From Ascoidea asiatica JCM 7603 (taxonomy: Eukaryota > Fungi > Ascomycota), in the NCBI GenBank assembly GCA_001600695.1, contig BCKQ01000002.1, positions 1,899,434-1,963,433 on the forward strand: a DNA stretch of 64,000 nucleotides, given 5' to 3'. How positions within the stretch are numbered: the stretch's first letter is position 1; each line of letters opens with the position of its first letter. Shown piece after piece: positions 56,580 through 64,000 of the stretch. The notes under the pieces were generated by a model. That model had not been told where the DNA came from. It worked only from the letters and a program-made list of their open reading frames with translations, and ran no database searches. The position numbers and the translations under genes are program-made.

Positions 56580-57285
56580 TATGTATAATGAATATTTTTT
56601 TTTTTAAAATTAGAATTTAAAAATATCTTTTATTTTTAACAATTTTTTAATTGAATTCTTTAAATGATCAATTGATATATTGTTTTACTGTTTGATTCAA
56701 GACTTCATCTTTTAAGAATAAGTGAATGAATGAATCAATGAATGAATGAAGTGTTGTTTGTTGTTTTTGTGTTGGATAAATTGAGGTTCTTTTGAAGACT
56801 GAGAGAAGAGTTCAGTTCTTGAGATGAATAAGATCATTGTGCATAGATAAAGAGTGTTTTGTTCTTGATTTCTTCTTGATTTCTTCTTCATTTCTTCTTG
56901 ATTTCTTCTTTTGTGATTGATGTGTGTGAGTGAAGATTGTTTCCATTGTGGTGTTTGAATGTGTATTTATTAAACATTGAACCATTCAATTTATTGTCCA
57001 TTGTTTATATCTTCTTTCTTTGTTTATTTCTTTGTTTATATCTTTGTTTATATCTTTGTTTATATCTTCTTTTTTTGTTCTTTGTTCTTTGAATGCGGTA
57101 ATTGAACATCCGTTGTCAGGAAGTTGATCGGGAGAACTAATCCGCCCACGTGAATATTTAAACTTAAAGACCAATTATACGGTACTTCTTATTTCATTTC
57201 AATTATTATATTAATATATTATTATAATATATTATTATAAAGTATATAAAGTAATATTATAGTAATATTATAGTAATATTATAAA

Positions 57286-57797
57286 TTAATCTTCATTTGA
57301 ACCAAAACTGATAGCATCAATGAAACCACCTTTTCTAGCAGTGATTTGAACTAATTTACCATTTAAATCAATTTCATGTTCAATACCACCATTATCATTA
57401 CCAAAATAAATTGATTCATTATTTTTATTTGTAAAAAATTTAATTGCATCAACATAATCACCAGATCTTAAAATAATTTTATTAATATATTCATTATCAT
57501 CAAGATCTAATTCAAATTCACCTTTTTCACCATTATTATTACCAATTAATTGATTATGATCATCATCTTCATAAATTAATTCAATTCCATTAATAAATTC
57601 TTCATAATAAACATTAATTTGTTTTAAATCATCATTAATTTCAATAGATTGTTCATCTCCACCTTCTCCACCATATTCAATCTAACATATAAAAAAAAAA
57701 AGAATGTTAATATAAATTAAGTTATATTACTAAAGATAACTTTAATAACTTATATATATAACTTATATATATAACTTACTGTTTGTAAATCAACCAT
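57286..57797 (-). CDS. Second single-domain jacalin-like lectin, 137 aa, acidic; two exons (57780-57797, 57286-57681); missed by the ORF track
   Basis: Exon 1 MVDLQT; intron GTAAGT..TATTAAC..TAG (57682-57779); exon 2 IEYGGEGGDEQ...NEYINKIILRSGDYVDAIKFFTNK...LNGKLVQITARKGGFIDAISFGSNED*. Confidence 0.88.
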
Positions 57798-59041
57798 TGT
57801 TTTAAGATTATAAATTTGTTATTTAATATAATTAGTAATTCAGTTTATACTTATTACTTTTATATAATTGTTAATTTATTCAATAACCTCAAAAGATGAA
57901 TAAATCTCTCTTTATTTATACCATTTCTTTACATTATCAATTATAATCATTTGATAAATGAATATATGAATAAGTTGAATTGAATTGAATTAAATATTAA
58001 TAATCTAAGACATTTAATATAATATATTAGAAAGTATTGGATTTTGAATAAATTGGAAAACCAAGATTTTGATATTTGATATAAAACACCAAAGCCACGA
58101 AATTTAACGAATTAACTTGTTTGTTACTTGTTTGTTACTTGTTTGTTAACTTGTTTAATAACTTGTTTAATAACTACTTCATTGACCACTTCATTGACCA
58201 CTTCATTAATCTTCTCGTCTTTTACACGTTTTGAAGTCGATGATTGAAAAAAGACTCCGGCGTTTCTTCACTTTCCTCACTTCTTCACTTTCTTCACTTC
58301 TTCAACGCCACCGCCACCGCCATTTCCGCAACACTCTCAACAGAACAAAGAACACAAACACAAACACAAAGAAGAAGAAGAAGAATTAAACAAGAAGTTC
58401 TTCAGTTCTTCATTCTTCATTCTTCAACCATTGCAGTTGAAATGACTCTGAGAAGGATCAACAGACAAGAATCAAGACAAGAAAGTAAAGTTCACACTGT
58501 TCAAGTCTGTTTAGACTCTACAATTAAAAACCATTGTTTAAGTACTGTGATACAGTAAGAGAATCGTCAAATATATAAAATAAAATAAAGTAATAAAGTA
58601 AAGTAATAAAGTAATAAAATGTATCCTGTCATCAGCATTTGAATTCATCGCCTTAATCTAATAAAACACTTCGAATACCAAACTTCCTATCGGGGATATT
58701 ATATAATATATTATAAAATATAATTTAATCTGGGAAATTAAAATATCAATCTTTTGAATGATATTATGGCAATGTAATTTAGTAAATACTCAAATTCCAT
58801 CGTGGCAAATATTTCCTGTACTTTTTGATTAATTAAAAGAAAAATAATTAATATAAAATAAAACAAGTGAGAAATTGCTGTTTTTATATTAAATTTAAAT
58901 TTAAATTTAAATTTGAATTTGAAATTATTCTCGGAAGGGTAACTTCATTCACACACTTTTTCAACCTTTTTAATGAAATAATTTGTTTATTTTTTAAGGG
59001 TTATTTATAACAATTTAATTTATTAATTTATTATAAATCAT

Positions 59042-59932
59042 TTATTCAATTCTTCTTGGAATATAATGTGGAATTTCAGGATAAACTTTACTCCAAGTTT
59101 TATTTAAATAATTTGTTAAAATAGCTTTTTTTAAATAAAAATTTTTATTAACTAATTTTTTTTTATTATCTTCATAATAATATAATAATTTAAAATTTTT
59201 TATTTCATTTTTATTCTTTATTCTTTTATAATAATATTGTAATTCATCTGATTCATAAAAATGTTCTAATAATCCTTTTCTAAAGATTTGTATACCTTTA
59301 TCTTCACTTTCATCTTCACTTTCTTTTACTTTTTCTTTTTCTTTTTCTTTTTCTTTTTCTTTTTTAATTATTGATTCTAATATATTAAATTCAAATCCTC
59401 CAATTTGTGGAATTTCTTCCGTTAATTTTGAAAGTTGATTAAAATTTTCTTTTTCCATTATTGGTATTCTTTCATTATTTGGATTTAATGGTGATGGTAA
59501 TTTTAATGATATAATATTTAATATTCTTTTATAATTAAAATTCTTATTATTATTATTATTATTATTAATAATATTAATATTATATTTTGATTGACTTAAA
59601 TCAATTTCAATAACATTTAAATTACTTTTTCCATTTTTTCTTTTTTTATATTTATTTGAATCATTTTTTCTTAATTTTATAAAATCTTTTAAAATTTTAA
59701 TTGACATTGAAAAATTATATTTTAAAATTTTAAATAAAAATATTGGATATCTATAAATTATAATATGTAAAAAAATTTCTTCAACTAAATTTTCAACTCC
59801 TTCTCTAAATATTATTTCTCCATCTTTTTTATCTAATAAATCCATCCAATATATTCTTCTACTTCCTTGATTTATACTTCTATTTATTATTCTAAATCTA
59901 TCTTCATTTTCTTCATTTTCTTCATTCTCCAT
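59042..59932 (-). CDS. Hypothetical protein, no recognisable family
   Basis: 296-codon ORF with genome-typical A/T-ending codons, AAAATGG start context and a GC-rich island upstream (about 60120-60255). Confidence 0.65.
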   Translation of the reverse strand: MENEENEENEDRFRIINRSINQGSRRIYWMDLLDKKDGEIIFREGVENLVEEIFLHIIIYRYPIFLFKILKYNFSMSIKILKDFIKLRKNDSNKYKKRKNGKSNLNVIEIDLSQSKYNINIINNNNNNNKNFNYKRILNIISLKLPSPLNPNNERIPIMEKENFNQLSKLTEEIPQIGGFEFNILESIIKKEKEKEKEKEKVKESEDESEDKGIQIFRKGLLEHFYESDELQYYYKRIKNKNEIKNFKLLYYYEDNKKKLVNKNFYLKKAILTNYLNKTWSKVYPEIPHYIPRRIE

Positions 59933-60637
59933 TTTTTTTTTTTAATAAAATATAGAATCCATGAATTTTAATTATAATTTTGAGATTTTTTTTACTTAAA
60001 ATATTAAAATACCTATAAAGAAAGATAAAATGTTCTAATAAAATTAAATTTTTGATTAAATTTATTGACTTATTATTGTTATTAGTTCTTATGTTACAGT
60101 TTTTATTTTCTTTATTAAATTTGGAGCGCAAAGCTAGCTCAGACGTTTGAATGTCAAAAACGGCAACTATATGTCGGTTAAAAGCCATTGGAGGCGTCTT
60201 CATGCACCAAAAATTCCAGATTCTATTTTATGCAGTCCAAAGCGGGTCTGCTTTTTAATTTAATAGGAATTACTCTTAAAAATTAAAAAAGAATTTTCAA
60301 ATAAATTTCTTTGATAATAATTAATTTCAATTGTTTTAAATATTATATTTACAACTTCTTTTAAATTCAATTAAAACAAGATATACATCAATGATTTCAT
60401 TTTATAATATAAAATATAAATAGGCATATGCATTAAGAAACTTAAAATTTGAAAAAATAAAAATAAAAATAAAAATAAAAATAAATAAACCACAAAAAAG
60501 AGCAGAGAAAATAAAAAAATAACAAAGCACAAAATCAAAATCAACATCAAAATCAAAATCAAAATCAAAAAAAAAAAACTTTTAATTAGACAACCACAAA
60601 ATTAAAACACAATTCAAATTCATAAAATCAAAATAAT

Positions 60638-62137
60638 TCAAACTTTGCATATTTTAAATCCAGCACATGCAATTCTGGAAAGACATAAGGAAAAAGTACA
60701 TACTATACTAACTACTGCTGCAAATATAACTAAATTTGAATATCCATTAGAAGTTCCTGAATTTCCAATTATAGCTCCTCCAATTGGTAATCCAATTAAT
60801 CCTCCAAAACTAGAAACACTATATGCTGTACCATATCTTTTACCAAAATCTTTTGTATTACTTATTTGTCCACAACATGATGCTCCTAAACTTAATACTG
60901 CTCCTCCAAAAAATCCCCATAAACCTGAAAAAACATATAAACAATTTAAATTTGATCCAAATGGTAACCAAATTATAAAAATTAATATTGATGAAAAAAA
61001 GGAAACAATACTTAAAACATTAAATCTACCAAATTTATCTGCATAATATCCTGGTATAAATCTACCTGGAATTCCAGTTAAATTTATAATTGTAATTAAA
61101 AGTAAACTTTTTGAATCTGATATTCCTTTTGCAACTGCATATGATGAAATATATGATAAAACAAGAAATGTATATAATTGAATAAAAAATAATCCTAATA
61201 CAAAAAATGAATATCTTGCTTCTTTAAAATACGTAAAGTTAAAACTACCTTTAAATATATCTTTAATAATTTCTGAATAAAATTTTAATTTCTTTTTAGA
61301 TTCAATATTTGAAGTTTTAACTTTTCTTGGTAATCTATCTTTCATTAAAATTGTAGATAAAGTTTGAGTAAATAATAAAATAAATCCTAAAATTCTCATT
61401 GACCATGTAAAACCAACTTTTGGATATAAATATCTTAATAATAATGGAATTAATCCACCTCCAAGAGATGCTCCAGAAGTTGCAGCTGCAATTGCTAAAG
61501 CTCTATTTTTTGAAAACCAATGAGAAATTACACTTACATTTGTAGTAAATGTTAAAGAATTTCCAATTCCATTTAATATACCAAAACATAAAATAAATTG
61601 ATAATATTTTGTACAATTTCCTAAAGCAAAAAAAGATCCACTCATCATTATAGTTCCTGAAATCATTGGAAATTTAGAACCTTTTGTATCAAACATATAT
61701 CCTGCAATATTACTTAATGCAGAAAATAAAAATGAATATATTGAAAAAATCCAAGAAATATCTGATGTAGAATATTCAGTTAAAATATTATATTGAATAT
61801 AAGATTGTATTGATCCATATGAATTTGATATACCACCAGAAGTGATTAATCCAATAAAAGCTCCAAGTACAACAATCCATGCTCTTAAACCTCCATCTGG
61901 AAAATCTAATCCACCATCAAGATCATTTTTAATAACAATTTCATTTTTTTCAAAATTATCACTTGGAATAACATTTAAAGTAGATTCAGAAGAATTTGAT
62001 TCAAGATCAATTATTTTTTTTGGTTCTTCTTCTTTATTTGAAAATTTTTTTTCAATAGAATTATTTAAATCAGTTAAAGTCTTAACTGAATTTTGAGATT
62101 TTTTGAAATGAGATAAAAAAGGTCTTGAATTTAACAT
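60638..62137 (-). CDS. MFS monocarboxylate permease-like transporter (Mch4/Mch5 family)
   Basis: DFPDGGLRAWIVVLGAF, SHWFSKNRALA, GRFIPGYYADKFGRFN, GQISNTKDFGKRYGT, ..FKICKV; first ATG MLNSRP at 62137. Confidence 0.9.
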   Translation of the reverse strand: MLNSRPFLSHFKKSQNSVKTLTDLNNSIEKKFSNKEEEPKKIIDLESNSSESTLNVIPSDNFEKNEIVIKNDLDGGLDFPDGGLRAWIVVLGAFIGLITSGGISNSYGSIQSYIQYNILTEYSTSDISWIFSIYSFLFSALSNIAGYMFDTKGSKFPMISGTIMMSGSFFALGNCTKYYQFILCFGILNGIGNSLTFTTNVSVISHWFSKNRALAIAAATSGASLGGGLIPLLLRYLYPKVGFTWSMRILGFILLFTQTLSTILMKDRLPRKVKTSNIESKKKLKFYSEIIKDIFKGSFNFTYFKEARYSFFVLGLFFIQLYTFLVLSYISSYAVAKGISDSKSLLLITIINLTGIPGRFIPGYYADKFGRFNVLSIVSFFSSILIFIIWLPFGSNLNCLYVFSGLWGFFGGAVLSLGASCCGQISNTKDFGKRYGTAYSVSSFGGLIGLPIGGAIIGNSGTSNGYSNLVIFAAVVSIVCTFSLCLSRIACAGFKICKV

Positions 62138-64000
62138 TTGAATTATATTTAATTGTATTAATACTTTTATTTTTTTTAATACTTTTAAAAATTTATAAAA
62201 AACTTTTATCTGAAATTTATGAATAAAATTCAATCATTTTTATATAAATTCGTTAATATGGGGAGTTCAAAAAACCAGAAGTAAGAAATATCTCTTTCAG
62301 TAGTTCAAAATTAGTATTATAACTAACATTGTTGATGCTAAGGTAGTATAAAGACACTCTAGAAAATTTTTCAGAGAAATCACTTGAATTGTAATGAACT
62401 ATAATTAGCGAAAGAAAAATTTCTTTTTTATAAAAATTGCTACAGTTAACTCTGCTTTGTTTTATTTGACAAAAGTTTTCGATTCTTAGAAACGTTTTCA
62501 TATTTTCTCATGAATTGTTCTGGATTGAATCAAAAAAATAAGTCGAGGTTATTCTTTCAAAAGAAAATTTGAATCACGCAGTCAATTGAAAAAAACAACT
62601 CCAATAATGAAATCTGTCAAATATTCTTCAAATTCTCTTTCAATTAAAGTTCGGATAAATTATAAAAAATTGAATTGATTTGGAAATAAAATAAAGCAAC
62701 TAATAGAAGAATTTAAGAACAAAATTCGACTAAATTAGAATTGTACCATTGTTTTAGTTATTTTTAGGAAATAGAACCCCGTCAAGAGCATTATTTTTCG
62801 AAAAAAAAAGTATAAACGGAACCTTAATCTTTCTTATTTCTTCTTAACCAGTACCCATAAAATTTTTTATAGCTGTCACTTATTAAATATCGAGAATTTC
62901 GACAATATTGAAATTCTTTCATTCTTTTACACACCTTCATTTTAATGACCAAGTATTAAAATATTTTTTCTGCTTTAATAATAGAATTAAGCAATAATGA
63001 ATGATTCAATGAAATGACTCTTTCCTATAAATAGACATAACACTTTAGAATCATTCAAAACTTCAAATAATCATGAATCCACAAAAAAATATTTCATTCC
63101 ATTTAACAGCACTTAACACCCGAAGGACAATATTTTTAAAAATATTTCTCGACTGTTAAACCATCCAGAGTTATCTTTTTTTTTTCAAAAAAAAATTATT
63201 TGAAAGTACTCCTATTTCCGCCTAAGTATACTGAAATTAAATTAGAAAAATCAACATAGTCGCTCCACTAGTAGCTGTACTAAGGAATGTACATTAATAA
63301 ATTCTGGAAGATAGGATCACACAATTGCAAAAACATTCAATAATCTTTGACATTTCCAACAGACATAGTTTATGAATAAAATTAGCGATGAACAATGAAC
63401 TATGAATTTGAACAATGTTAATAGCAGAATCGAATAAATATGCTGGGGTCTTGCAGCGCAATTTATGCGCAATTTTTTAAATGCAACTAGCTGCAACAGG
63501 AGCACTATGTTGTCAAGCTCAAAAATAGCTAAAGAACACTCCAAATCGAAACGCGCTTGCTTCAAAAAAGATCCCCAAAACTGGTCTCCGTCTGGAATTT
63601 TGAAGTTTTTCCTGAAATTTTTTGACGGAAAAACTGAAAATATTGGAAAATCTGAAAAAGCACAATCGGAAAAACTTCTTGGAGCCAGGTGCACATGACT
63701 ATCTTCGGGATCTGAGAAAGGGAGAAATGTGGGGGTGAGAATAAGAATCAAAAATCAACAATAACTTAATATCGTTAGTGTAGAAAAGTACCAAATTTTT
63801 GAATTTGAATAGACCTTAGCTTTCTTTTATTCGAATTGCCAAATATACCATCAATCACTCACATAAAAACTTTGGAAACATTTGTTCATGGATTTTCCTA
63901 ATCTAATACTCATCATCTATTAAAAAACTTCAAGGAAGAAGCTCAATTGGTCGTTTTTTAACAATGAAATTATTCAACTTTTTTCTGATTTTAATATCAA

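Noticed and set aside
59922-60203. Frameshift fusion of the 93-aa ORF to the 296-aa ORF at the A-tract
   Set aside because: The upstream ORF starts inside the promoter island and looks non-coding; the downstream ATG has an ideal AAAATGG context
62253-64000. Short ORFs and a possible transposon remnant at the window end; also fragments at 28850-29900 and 40130-40340
   Set aside because: No recognisable gag/pol/transposase motifs, LTR ends or terminal repeats; cannot be supported without a database search

Overview
Extremely AT-rich, microsatellite-rich budding-yeast (Saccharomycotina) chromosomal DNA. Proteins carry poly-Asn runs, introns are few and short, and genes have small GC-rich promoter islands. 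The style suggests an Ascoidea-like yeast, which is an inference only. Recognisable housekeeping genes: BNA7, RPN9, a DGR2/LAF1-type WD40 protein, TVP18, RCK2, KCS1, YCP4, ATR1-like MFS, RTA1-like, DUR3, an OSM1/FRD1-like flavoprotein-cytochrome b5 fusion (its first exon is missed by the ORF track), IRC20, ZIM17, a PHO5-like acid phosphatase and an MCH-family transporter. There are three tRNAs (Ile-AAT, Asp-GTC, Ser-AGA). The most notable content is absent from the ORF track. (1) Two paralogous 137-aa single-domain jacalin/griffithsin-like lectin genes (8728-9277 +, 57286-57797 -) are each split by an intron at the same position. (2) A pair of RanBP2-like zinc-finger micro-ORFs is present, one of them (48776-48895) missed. 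(3) A probable hidden microprotein transcript lies between KCS1 and YCP4. An accessory block at about 48.7-60 kb also holds a secreted sphingomyelinase-like EEP-jacalin fusion head-to-head with the acid phosphatase, a membrane-anchored F-box-LRR protein beside one lectin, and an orphan gene. Together these are a candidate lectin-based defence or glycan-sensing repertoire. No CRISPR array, rRNA or intact mobile element was seen.
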